Shown one piece after another: positions 26,700 through 39,700 of a stretch of 64,000 nucleotides of DNA. The notes under the pieces were generated by a model. The model had not been told where the DNA came from, did no database searches, and was given only the letters and a program-made list of their open reading frames with translations. Numbering within the stretch: position 1 is the first letter of the stretch; each line of letters starts with the position of its first letter. This stretch comes from Chrysomallon squamiferum (Eukaryota; Animalia; Mollusca). The position numbers and the translations under genes were made by a program. The DNA is taken from NCBI GenBank assembly GCA_012295275.1, contig CM022669.1, positions 11,966,001-12,030,000 of the forward strand, read 5' to 3'.

Positions 26700-29600
26700 T
26701 AATAACAGCTTTCACCAGTTTTATTTATACAAATGTAAATCGAAATTATAGGGCTGTAGTCTAGATATTACATAATTTGTATTAATTCTATAGCTGAAAT
26801 GATGTATTCATTAATGCTAAACAAAATGTGTTAAACATTTTAAATAAATTATTTTGATTGCTTATTCAAGTTGTTTTCGATGGTGTATTAATAGCTTCAG
26901 CAAAGTATTTATATTATGAAACCTGTTAAAATCTATATTACAATTTTTCTGTGATGATTATCACAGATTAAAACAAGTTTTATGTTTTATCAGAATTCTA
27001 TATGAAAGGGATTTGTTTTGTCCTCGTTAATGGAAACATGTTCAGAAATGTGATAAACTTTAAAAAAAACACCCTCACCCCAAAATAATAAAACACAGCA
27101 ATTTAATGACTTTGATCTAACAAATTATATCAGCATTAATTTAAATATGAACAATATTTTTTTACAAACTCTTTCTTGGTTCCGCAAACAGCTCAATATA
27201 TCACTAACAACATAATTTAAATTCTGAATTACTAATAATATATCTCAATGCCAAATGATTTAATGAATTTCAAACATCTTTTTTCTTTTCTTTTATTATT
27301 AAATTTTCTTAAGTACTGCATACAACATAATATATCAATAACAACATCATTTCAATTCTTAAATTACTAATATATATTAAATGCCAATAAAATACATTTG
27401 CAAAAATAATTTTAAAATAATTATATGTAATGGTAAACAGCATTATATTCAATATATTCATTTGTATTTGGCAGTGACACTGACTGCTATATCTCAGTCA
27501 TGTATGTACATACAGTGTAAATAATGACTGCAATGAATAGCAAACAAAGTACAAAGAGGTTGTCAAGGAGTACCCCATTACAAACTGAGAACTTCTACAA
27601 TCACACACCCGGACTTTTACAATATTCGGACAAACTCAGAAATTAAAGTTAAAGAGAGAGAATCCTAGCCTTGGGACAAAAACTCCTCTGACTGATCAAA
27701 AGGCTGTTAAATAATAACCAGTTTGTATACGACAAAGCATTAACTATTATTGATTATTGAATAGAATGGATTAACCTCCAATATTTGGCTGGTTACATTT
27801 TTTCTACAAACTCAGTTAATCTGACATATAAACAAAAAAGAGAAAATTAATTTCCAACCAAATCACTTTTCTTTCTTTTATTTTTCTGTTTTTTTTTGTT
27901 TTGTTTTTTTTCCCTATATATAGATAGATATATAGATTTTCTTTTTTTTAAAATAATATTACATTCACATACAGCCAAGAAAAAAATCACTACTGTTATT
28001 GTTGTTACTACCAACCCTTCACTGTGAAGTGTTTCTACAAGCAGATACTTGGATCACATTACTGCAGAGAATGAAGGCATATCACCATGTTTAAAAAAAA
28101 CAAATGATAAGATGTAATCACTACTTTCTTGTTAATTATTTAAAATTTAATCTATTTCTTCACAAGATTTGAATAAGAAGTTTTTTGTCTTCACAAACCT
28201 GCACAATAAATAGTGTTCTAAAAGACAGATTTTAATTAGTTTAATAATAATAATAAAATATATATATTAATATATATTAAATGCTAAAGCACAAACAATA
28301 TGCTTTTTTTTCTATTTACTCTTGATACACAGAAATTACATAGTTTTATATCACAACTAGTTATTGTTAACTAATCGTATAAAAACAGCATAGAGGAATC
28401 GATTGTAGCTAAGCAACAACTGAATCAGTATTGTTTAATCATTTATTGATTTTTAAATAAAATTGATTTAAATATAAATGAAGAGCTAGAGGAATGGCAA
28501 CAATGTGTTTCCTTTCTTATCATTATTGCAAAGAAACTATATTTAAAAATTAGCAATAAAATATTTTAATATATTATGAAACAATCTTTTTTTTTTATAT
28601 ATAATTTGCTATCTCAGAAGAAAAAGCAGTAAATCATTAAATTATGTGGCAAGACAAAATTTGCATAAATGTATAATCAATAATGTACTGGGCATGTGAC
28701 TGCCTTCCCAAATTTTAGCAAAACAGTGGGATATATTTGAGCAAAGCCAGTAAAAATAATTTCTTTAAAATTCCATATTGTATAATTTGTGCTAACTGAA
28801 TGTCACTGATTGACAAAAAAACCCTGGTATATGGGTTTTCATTCATGAAATCAAACCCCTCTGCCCCATTAACCATTATTGAGTCTCCACAAATTCATGA
28901 TAATGAGAAATAAAAAATTATAATGTATAGTAAATTTAAAATCTATTATCTGCTATTGATAAATTACAGAAATTTGTTAGGAAGGCAGTAACATTAACAT
29001 ATAAGAAGTTTTTTTTTTTGCTTTTCAGTTTTATAAATATTATGTTTAGCAATTACTGGTTTTGTGAGAAATAAGATCCAAATTGTTCACATCGAAATGA
29101 CGCTAAAAAATTTGTTTTTAAATCTTTAAAATTATATTTCAAAACAGGAAAAAGACATTAAGAATACCACATAAAATAGTTAGTTTTAAAATTAAATTAA
29201 TTCTTTAGCTAATCTATTTTATTTATTTTTTCCTTATTTTTAATTTTTAAATTTTAACGGACATATTCAAAAAAAAAAGAAAAAAAAGAAAAAATAGTAT
29301 ATAATTTTTTATTTTTTTATTTTCCCATTATCTTTTTTATAAATATTTATTTATTTATTATGTCATTGGACAATGTAAAGTTAGATTATTCAAATTAAAT
29401 AATGGTCTTAAATAAAACTAAATATCTTAATTATTTTTTTCCAAATGTATATTTTTCAACAATTTTATATGTGTGTGTGTTTGTGTGTAGTATTTTTGAA
29501 ATCTGCTTTTGAACTGGTTCTTTGATATCACTTCTTTACACAAATAAAACAAGTTGATTGTGTCTAGATATTGATCTTGAATACAAACTGAAAATTCCTA

Positions 29601-30625
29601 ATAGAGATTTGAGTAAAACTGTCTTTAACATCATTTCCAAGTTCCATGCCTTAAGATTTATAAAGTACTTAAAAAGTTATTAATCTATTAACCCTGCCAA
29701 AACCAGGTCACCACTTCAAATACTAGTAACTTAAAACATTATACAAACAAATGAAGTAGTGAACTTGCAGATATCTTAGTTACAGTTAGATTACAAATAT
29801 ATTATTTTAACAGCAAGGCAAACAAAATTGTAACACACATTGTACATTTATTAATTTTGGTTAAATAAAATTCTGAAATAAAATATGTATATAAAGTAGT
29901 GTTTAAAAAATGAAATTTAATAAATTTGTTTAACTAATTCATGTGTGTAACAAAAGCATATTCAGATTAATAGTATGGAATACAAAGATTTTAAATCTAC
30001 ATGCTTATTTGAAGAGAGTGCTACATGTTACAAGTATATGTACTAAATAATAACTATTAACAGCAAATAATATAATTATATATATTATGTATAAAAATTA
30101 ATTTTAGCATCCGAGTTTATTTCTTGCATAATTATTGTTTTTTCTATTTCAAATAACTGAAACAAAGGATAATAAATAAAGAATCATTTAGATAAAATAA
30201 ACTAAAACATTTTTTTAATTTAATTTTTTGTTTAACCTTTAAATTTACAGTAAAATTTATGTTTCAATGTTGAGATTACAAAGCAGATTATAGATGCATT
30301 AATACAATACAGTTATATAGCCATACTAGACTTGTAAGTTGTATATTCAGAATGATATATATATATATATAACAGTAAAATAATGTTTTATTACTACATT
30401 TTAAACATTTTATTGACATTTGTTTTTTAATTATTATTTTTTGGTATATACATACAAACAAACGGACTATAAAAATCATTCTGAATGTACAACTTCGGCT
30501 ACATAACTGTATTGTATACATGCCTCTTTACATTTTCCGATTCGTAATCTGTAAAAATTAACTTACCCACAAGTGCATATTTCACATATACACTTCCTAG
30601 GCAATTTAGGTTGACAGATAGGCAT
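23524..30625 (-). CDS. SAXO2: Stabilizer of axonemal microtubules (SAXO1/SAXO2, FAM154 family; MAP6/STOP-like Mn repeats), 5 exons, about 471 aa
   Basis: Exons (minus): 30625-30567, 26086-25910, 25172-25060, 24782-24696, 24503-23524 (1416 nt, consistent phases). The N-terminal KCICEICTCGRHRCPH is the SAXO signature, followed by repeated [FL][ED]G.[ST]T...DY modules. Probably co-orthologous to vertebrate SAXO1 and SAXO2; the symbol is chosen from synteny with EFL1. Confidence 0.92.
25390..25909. repeat. 30-bp minisatellite starting at the donor of SAXO intron 2
   Basis: Unit GATCAGTACTAA(A/C)ATGACTACATAGTTTCA. About 7-8 near-identical copies at 25683-25909 decay progressively toward 25390. 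Confidence 0.93.
26516..26706. repeat. Interrupted (AAT)n microsatellite
   Basis: Directly visible. Source of the poly-N ORF 26505-26699. Confidence 0.9.
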
Positions 30626-30725
30626 TTTAGGTTGACAGAAGAAAAATGTTCAGCTGCACCTTCCTGTTGCTGTTGATGATACCTACCAGTTTTAAGTTAC
30701 ATCAATTTTAAAGTTATGAATAGGA

Positions 30726-30800
30726 AGACGGATGGTAACCTAGGAAAACCGTCTCCAAGCAGACAACATCGACTGTTTAATAAAAATGGCCGATAGCAAC
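30726..30800. promoter_or_regulatory. RFX X-box-like element about 110 bp upstream of the SAXO ATG
   Basis: GTAACCTAGGAAAAC (30735-30749) lies inside the imperfect palindrome AGACGG...CCGTCT, with a half-site TAGCAAC ending at 30800. RFX control of ciliary genes is established, but this match is imperfect. Confidence 0.4.
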
Positions 30801-32559
30801 AAGCAAGTCCATTTGGAAAGGGATATCATATTGTTTATATCTTATTTTTATTCTGATATAAACATATATATTTTTTATGCTAAATAATTAGTTAATAGTT
30901 TATGACACAAATCAATATTAGCAAGGTTTAGTTATATAATATCCTTTTAATTCTTTGGCCGCAAAATTAAATTAAAACCTATCATAACCCAAAATAATGG
31001 ATCATTCCAAAAATATACCGGAACGTGTGAAGACTTTCCGGCATAGTGTTCGGTTTATATCGGTAGAATCCGCCAAAGAGTTTCGTTGCCATGTGCTCAA
31101 TTTGAAATTATAAAGTATATTTATAAATATCATTTTATGATGAGAAACTAATATTATTTTTAATCCTAACATATTATTTAAATCTATGAATACTATGATG
31201 ATTACATGCAGCATGCCGCGCACACAAAAGTATTCTTTAGTTTTTATGTTTGTTTATCATTAAACAAAATTATGAAAATATGAATCGTACAATTTACATT
31301 TGCAAATCATTTTTGAAAGAATAAAGAAAACGATTCGAATAAATAAAAAGAAAACACCTCCTTTCCTAATAAATATAGGTCTAAATATCGTTTAAAGAAA
31401 GGATATCCGTCTATTAGAGTATACATTGAAATATTATTATTTTTTTTTAATTTATTATCTGTTATTTATTTTTATTATTAACTTTTTTTATATATATATA
31501 TTAATTAATTTTTATTTGTTATTATTTATTAATATATATATATTATCTCTTATGAGAAAAAAATTATTATTTCACAGCATGTTTAGAAATATTAGAAATA
31601 TGACTTGATATCTGTTATCCAAAAGAACTGTTTGGATGAAAACAGAAATCGTGCTGTGTGAAAAAGGAGGGTGTGTCTGATAAAACTATATGATGTAAAT
31701 CTAATTAGCAGGCGTATTTGTACATCGATCAATACTGTAAGGTGATGAATGCACTCCGTAGTTATACGATGATGTTACTTATATATCATATTTTGTCCGA
31801 AGTTTTTATATTTGCCATTCATTAATTTGTTCTCGTTTTCATTTCACACGTGATTTATGATCATAACTTTTGTTTTTATTTTACATAATTTATGATTATG
31901 TCAGAAATATATATATATTAGATATATTAGATATGTGAATTAGTATGATATAAAGATCTAACCTCGAGGAATTTTCGAATAGATGCACATATTTCCAAAC
32001 ATAACCAACCAGATTACATCCATCGCTAGCTCGCACGCATACACAACTAATAAAGATACCACAGGAATTTACTGATATTCTTTATAATAGTTTTGATACT
32101 TGTTGTTGTTTTATAATAATCTTATCGAGAGTGGCAAGATATCTTTTACAACTACTCTTTCAAAAGAGAAAACAATCCACACTCAATAACCCCCAAAAAA
32201 ATAACAACAAACCCCCCCAAAACACGTTGTCTCTGACACAACAGCTACAAACACCTACTGGAAAGGGGGAGAAAGCCTGTAGTCCTTAACACTTAATAAT
32301 TAAATGTTTTCTGTGAAAATCTGGATAATAATAATAATAAACGAAAATATAATAATAAATTTAAATAAAAGATATATAAATATGTCAATACATTAGTAAA
32401 TACTAACTGGTGATTTAATAAGCGCACTGGCTTTTTGATGATAATATAACATTATTATTATTATTATCATCATCATCAGTACACTTTAAATACAAATTTA
32501 ATCAAAAATTAACATTATTATTGGGGTATCTTGTATTAGCGGTTATTGTACGAGTAACG

Positions 32560-32724
32560 TCCCCTCCATTTCACCGGAAATAAATAGAAACAAATAGGAA
32601 GCACATGGAGATGAATGGATAAGCAAGAATTTCAACATAAGGTTGAAATAGACAGTCTGTGATAGTTCGATATTTTGGACATGTTGGAATTAATAAATTA
32701 TTAATGATCGGAATAAATGTAAGT
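32560..32724 (+). promoter_or_regulatory. Probable EFL1 core promoter / non-coding first exon
   Basis: ETS-type ACCGGAAAT at about 32573 and a consensus donor AAT|GTAAGT at 32719. The ATG-containing exon begins after a TTTTCAG acceptor at 33515, so an upstream exon is required. Confidence 0.4.
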
Positions 32725-33444
32725 ACATTTGTTTATTATTGTCATTAGCGAACATTATGAACTCTAGACCTATTATAAAGTTCACAGTCACTCGATCTTT
32801 AAATTTAACTCAATAACAATGATTCATTGAATGAATAACCGGAGTTCAGTGACAGGTCGCAGCCATAGGGTTCAGTCTGAACTTCATTTTGTCAGCAACA
32901 AACAGGTAAAGAATGAAAAAAGTATTATAAAACGAAGCAGAAATTATATCTGAATCGCTGGTCTTGCCTTGTGGCTCGATTTGGTTTTGCTGTTATTACT
33001 AACTTACTAAGTAGTTTAAATAGTACAGACTTCAGTCTGGTTATACAACATTTCTCTATATTATGTAATATTTGACTTTTGAGATTAGTAAGTTATTATT
33101 TAATTTCATACACTGAAGTATGACGTATATTTATATATCTGTATTAGTCAATTTAGTGTATAGTATATTACTATATATAAAAACAATAAATAAGACATAA
33201 AATAAATAAATAAACAAATCATTAGACGTTCGAATCATGGATATATCATATAGGGGGGGAACTGCCGTTACTGTTTCAGGTTGTTCACCTGGAAAATAAT
33301 TTTTTGTTTTGAAAAGATATTAATGATGCAGCTATAATGAAAGGTTAGGACTGATTAAATTTATACTTTATATTATTTATTTATTTATTTATTTATTATT
33401 TTTTTTTTAATTTTTAATAGATAAAATGTTTATTTATTTATTTA

Positions 33445-33508
<64 letters not shown>
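33445..33508. repeat. (ATT)n microsatellite immediately upstream of the first coding-exon acceptor of EFL1; a second (ATT)n lies at about 33690-33740
   Basis: Directly visible. It produces the artefactual poly-I N-terminus of ORF 33426-33629. Confidence 0.9.
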
Positions 33509-33509
<1 letters not shown>

Positions 33510-33530
33510 TTCAGATTGTATAACAAAATA

Positions 33531-33687
33531 ATGTGTTCCATCACTCCTGAACAGATTTCTGTTCTGCAGAAAAATCCTAGAAACATAAGAAACATTTGTA
33601 TTCTAGCTCATGTTGATCATGGTAAGTAATTTAATTATTATTACAAAATTTCTGAATTGAATTAATTGTATTGTTAGAAGTAGTTTA

Positions 33688-33744
<57 letters not shown>

Positions 33745-36700
33745 AATATATTATTTATAAACAAAATTTGTTTAAAGATTATATAATATATATCATTTTA
33801 AAAATACATTCTAATTTCACTAATGTTTAAAGTACAAAATTTCTTAAGAATTTAGGAGCCTTGCTATAATGAGAATAAACATACAGTAGTTTGCTGATTT
33901 GCTATATTTATTTATTATTTTTCTCATTGTTGAGTCTTTTCTATTTCAAAACTTTGTTTACATTTTTCATTTTATTGTTTTTAATTTCAGGAAAGACAAC
34001 TCTTGCTGATGCCCTGGTTGCAAGCAATGGTATCATTTCTCAGCGAATGGCTGGAAAGGTGTATTGTTGATAAATATTTTGATATAGTGACTTTTGAATT
34101 AAATATTTACATTAACAATTTCATTTTTTGATATGATACATATTTTGATCAACAATTTTATGCAGTACCTTTCATTTATTAAAATTTTAAATTTTTGCAG
34201 AAAAAATACCATTATTTTAATTTCTTTTATATTTTTCATTTGTTCAAATAAAGTTAGTAATTAATGTTGTTATTAAAAATTAATTTAATAAATCATAATA
34301 ATTTTTGTGCAAAGTATGTCTCTATGTATTTACTAAAGAGGATTTAAATTTTTACAGATGAAATACATGGACAGTCGAGAGGATGAACAGCTAAGGGGGA
34401 TAACTATGAAATCAAGTGCAATTTCCCTTCTTCATCAGATAGGTATGTCAGTATGAAACTTATTCATATATCTCTCTCGACATATGTTTATATTGTTCTT
34501 ATGAAAATATAATTGTGAAAGAAATGATTTCCAAAGGTTCATAAATAGAGTTTCATCTATGTTTTTACTTATAAAAAAATAGATAATAAAAATAAATAAA
34601 AAAAAACCCTCAAAAGTGTATGATGGTATTGATAAATATCAAAAATACATGTATATACTTTAATAGTGATTTTATATTTTTATTATTTTTTATCTCATAA
34701 CTACAAATATATATATAATACCATTTTTTAATATTATTGGGTTATTTCATTGTGGAAGTATATGACAAGCCATAAGAAGAATTGCCATTTCGTTACGTCT
34801 TTATTTTCTTAATTTATTTTTTATTTTAAATGTTTCATGTCATGTCATATTGTTTTTCAGGAAGTGATCGGTATCTAATCAACCTGATTGATTCTCCAGG
34901 ACACATTGACTTTTCAAGTGAAGTGTCAACAGCAGTCCGACTGAGTGACGGTGCTGTTGTCCTCGTAGATGTTGTGGAAGGTGTTTGCCCTCAGGTTTAC
35001 AGTTTTTTTTTAAAATTTATTCATTTTCAGCTACATAGCTTACTGGAAATAACTAAAAATAAAATAAATATATATATATATATATATAATTTGCTTTATC
35101 AATTAAAATTAAATTTATGTAAGAATTCTAGAAATGTTGTAAATATCTGCAGGTTGTGCGATTTTTTAAAAACAGTTTTGTAGTTATTTTATTTCTGTTA
35201 ATTTATTTACCTACTGTATAAATTAACATTGCTGATTTTGTGCAAATTAAAATTAATAATTTCAGACTCAGGCGGTTTTGCGACAAGCCTGGTTGGAGAA
35301 CATTAGACTGGTACTTGTTCTCAACAAGATTGATCGACTGATCACTGAGTTGAAAATGTCACCTCTTGAAGCTCATGCACATTTACAACACATTCTTGTT
35401 CAGGTAACACAAAGAGTGTTTGTGTTCATGTCTTTATTTTTGTGTAACTTTATATGTTACTGATATTGTACAGTTTTCTAACTGATGTTGATGTTAATGT
35501 CCTTCATGTTATATCAAATAGAGTTTCATATTGTTCAGGTATAAATTAAATATCCTTAGTAACTCACCCCATTTTCTGGATACAAATTTCATGACCTTAT
35601 TTAATAAAATGTTCAAGCTTTTTTCCAAAAATTACTTTTATTTTGTTCTTGTTTTTTGATGTGTGTATGTTGTTTTGTTTATTTTAATTAATGTATGTAT
35701 GAATTTTATTTTAGGTTAATTTGGTGACCAGTGAACTGTTTACATCAGGGGCCATGGAGAAAATATCAACAGTAAGAATTATATTTATTTTTATTTTTAT
35801 TCATGTTTCTAGAGGTTATAACATAAAAATAAGTGAATTTTATTTATAAATCCAAAATATAAATTATCTTTTCAAAGGTTTAATTTATTTTATATTATTG
35901 ATTTTTAAGTTTTAAAGGGTATGATTTCTTTTTTTTCCCCATTTAGGAAATTGAGGAAAATAAAGAAATAAAAGATGGTATAGATCCACAGGTATTATAA
36001 TTCACATTATACAATAAAATAATTTATTTAGTACCTTTAAGACTTAGTGTTTTGAAGTTAAAAGTATTCTGAAAGAAAAAAGAAGGAAAGAAATGAGACC
36101 ATTTAAGATAATAATGTTTGATATATGTGTATACAGATTTGATGAGAAAACTTCAAATTAGATCTATCCATGAATTAGGTGACCAATGATTTAAGAATTA
36201 TCTTTCCTATTGTTGTGAAATTTCTAAATTTCAATGTGTTTTCGTGAACGTCTTGTAAATTAAAAATGTATTCTTCCAAGAAACGAAAAAGTTTATATTG
36301 TTAAATCTGAGATCTCATTAAATGTACACTTACAAATCAAAGTGAAACCATATCGCTTTTCATAGTCAGTTGCTGAACCATAATTTTTTCTTACAAAAAT
36401 AATACTTACCAATTAACATTGCAGAAAAATTAAATTTTTAATTAATTTTTAAAAATGTAGTCGTATGACTGGACTGTACATGAGGATGATGATGACAGCA
36501 ACAAAATTATTTTCTCCCCGGATCGAGGAAATGTGATCTTTGCCAGTGCTTTGGATGGCTGGGGATTTACGTACGTTTTTAATAGTTTAACTTCTGTACA
36601 AAAAAATACATTTAGAAACAGTTACTCAGATTAACTCTTTAACCTAAAAACATGACAGTATTTATCAGAACTTGTTACATTGTCCTATTACAGGATTGGT

Positions 36701-39700
36701 TACTTTGCTGAGTTATAATCTTGTATTCTGTCTTGTTGTGTTGTCACACTATGGGATAGATCACTTTACTGAGTTACAACTTGTTGTATAGAATAGGTCA
36801 CTTTACTGAGGTATGTAATAGATGTATTTTCACATTAAAGGATGGCAAATTACTGAGTTACATAGTTTGTTGGGTGTTTTTTTCCCATGGGATTTTCAGT
36901 TTACTAAGTTCTAATTTGTTGTGATGTCTTGTTACAGAATAGGTCACTTAACTGAGGTATATCTTGTATTTCCATATCACAGGATAGAACACTTTCCTGA
37001 GTTATAATTTGTTGTTTGATCATGTTGCAGGATAGGTCATTTTACTCAGTTATAACTTGATATATTATCATGACACAGGATAGGTCATTTTGCTGAGATT
37101 TGGTCACAGAAGCTGGGAGTGAATGCTGACATCCTAAAGAAAACTCTCTGGGGTGACTTCTACCTGAACACAAAGACCAGACGAGTAATGAAAGGTGCTC
37201 AGGTGAGAAATGAAGAGGTGTACTAATAACAAAACTTTAATATATTTTAATAAGTTAATAATAAAATAATTTTTATAATTTATGAAGTGATTTCCATTTT
37301 ATTTCTGAAATCATCTTAACTAGTAACATACTTGGAATAAATATATTATATTTTTGTGTTATCCATAAAATTTTGTTTATAACAAGATATGCATAGTTAC
37401 GTATCTGAAATAAAATATTTCTACCCAAAATTCATCGCATACAGACACACATTTACACAAATATATGTATGTAGGTATTCTAGAAAACTGACTACTTGTG
37501 TATGGTATATTTATGTGATAATTCTTTTAATCAGAATTAATTGTTCTTAGCTTTCTTTTAAGAAATATCTACTATCAAAAGTAGTCTTATTCTGATTATT
37601 AATAGAATAAAATAAGATTGATTCATCTTTATGTTGTTTGGTATCCATTTAAATTTCTACTTCAAATTTTGTTTTACAAAGATATTTGTTTTTTAGATTC
37701 TATTTTATTATTATTTTTTAGTTAAAAGGAAAAAAGCCATTGTTTGTGCAGTTTGTTCTTGATAACATCTGGGCAGTATATGAAGCAGTTTGTATATCCA
37801 GGTGAGATTATATTTTACTTTGTTTTCTTCTGTTTGGATAGTAATTTATTACACATACTTCTGAATGTGTTTTATATCTTTGATGAGCTATTTTAGATAA
37901 ATTTTACGTTATTAGAGTAAGTATTTGATAGTAATTAGCTGTATCTTTTTAATGCTGGTGAAAAGTATCTCCTTTAATTAGTATTTAAAAAAATAATTTT
38001 TATAAATAATTGATAACTATATTTATGTGTATATCGGTGTATAAACAAAAACACTTTACATTAAAGGTGTGTGTTTGTATATGTGTTTGTCTCAATGTAA
38101 TTATTTTAAAAGATATTTCTAGCAATATATGTTTACTTTCAATGAATTAAATTTCAGAGAAAAAGAGAAAATTGACAAAATTGTCAAATCATTGAATTTA
38201 AAAATTCCGCCCAGAGATTTGCGACATAATGACCCAAAGGTTTTGCTTCAAGCTATTACAACAAGATGGCTTCCTCTAGCTCCAGCTCTGCTAGGTAAGT
38301 TGTCATATTTGATTTACCAACAAAACTATAATAATAATAATTTTCCTGGGTGGAAAATGGTTTATATCTATGTTTTAAAACATCCATTAAATGTTTGGTT
38401 TCTTGCGTGAGGTTATTTTATTTTATTTATATATTTTTATATATGTATATGACTGTATCTATATATGTATTTATTAGTTATGTAGAATTAGTTTATTTTT
38501 GTAACGGTTTCAGTTTCATAGTTAGAAGTTCTTATACAAAACTTTATTTATGAAGAATGATAAAAGAGGTTTAACATTTTTTTATTTTTTATTATTACTG
38601 TTAATGTCTGCTTATATAATCATGCACGTTTTAATGTATTTATTCATATTAAGAGAGAAATTTAAATTGGTCTATCATTTAGTAAATCTGTAAACAGAGT
38701 TATGTGCCTTTGAACACAGCATTTTTACACATGTCCAGTTTGGATCTTTTTAGAGTAAATGTTGCTCAGATGTTTTTTCTTAAACAGAATATAAAGACTT
38801 TCAGTAAAAAAAGAAAAGCAATATTATTCCCTTAAAACATGAGAAAACTAATTTTTACTTCAGAATATCTTTTGCAGTTACATAACATTCAATGGTTCTT
38901 ATTTCTTATTATTTATCATGCTATTTAAATGCAGAAACATTAACCGTGCTTTACAATAGATATTTAAACCAGTCTGACTTATGATGTTGCTGTGTGTAAC
39001 AGGTGTCGTTGTTTCGGTGTTGCCGTCTCCGATGAACATGTCAGATGAAAGGGCTGAGAAGTTAATGTGCAATCATTCACGACGCTTTGACTCGTTACCT
39101 CAGGAAACACAGAACCTTAAAACAGGTAAATCAGAACACAAAGAAATAAAAGATGATCTAGATCCACAGGCATTATAACTGACGTTATTTAATAAAATAT
39201 TTTATTTTAGCAAAAATAAGACTTAATATTTTTAAAATAAAGAAATATCGGCAAAAAAACAAACAAAAAAAACACCAAACAAATGGAGACCATTTAAGTC
39301 AGTAAGTCTGTTTGTCTGTATTTATGTTTTCATTTTCTTGTAGACTTCCAGTTATGTCACTCAGATGAGGAAGCTCCAGTTATTGTGTTTGTGTCAAAAA
39401 TGTTTGCTGTAGAGAGGAAAACACTGCCAAAGAATAAACAGAAGTATTTCATTTTTAAAGTGTTTTTATTTTTTGAAAAAAATTCATAAACAGTAATAAT
39501 AATATAGCCTATTTATCAAACTTTGTTTAGGAAAAATATAATGAAAAAAATAGAAATTAACATTTATTCATTCTTGCCATATGATATACGGTGTAATTTA
39601 AAATAAACTGAATAGGTAAGAATTTTGCAAAAATTAATTTTGCGTTTTATATCCTTTTCAATAATCTAATGGTTTTGTTAATGACTGGTTGGTGTTAGGA

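Noticed and set aside
27550-27730. GC-richer patch in SAXO intron 1, considered as a retroelement fragment or extra exon
   Set aside because: No recognisable translation, and the SAXO reading frame closes without it.
31742-31800. C-box-like GTGATGA in the SAXO-EFL1 intergenic region
   Set aside because: No properly placed CTGA D box, terminal stem or recognisable rRNA guide.
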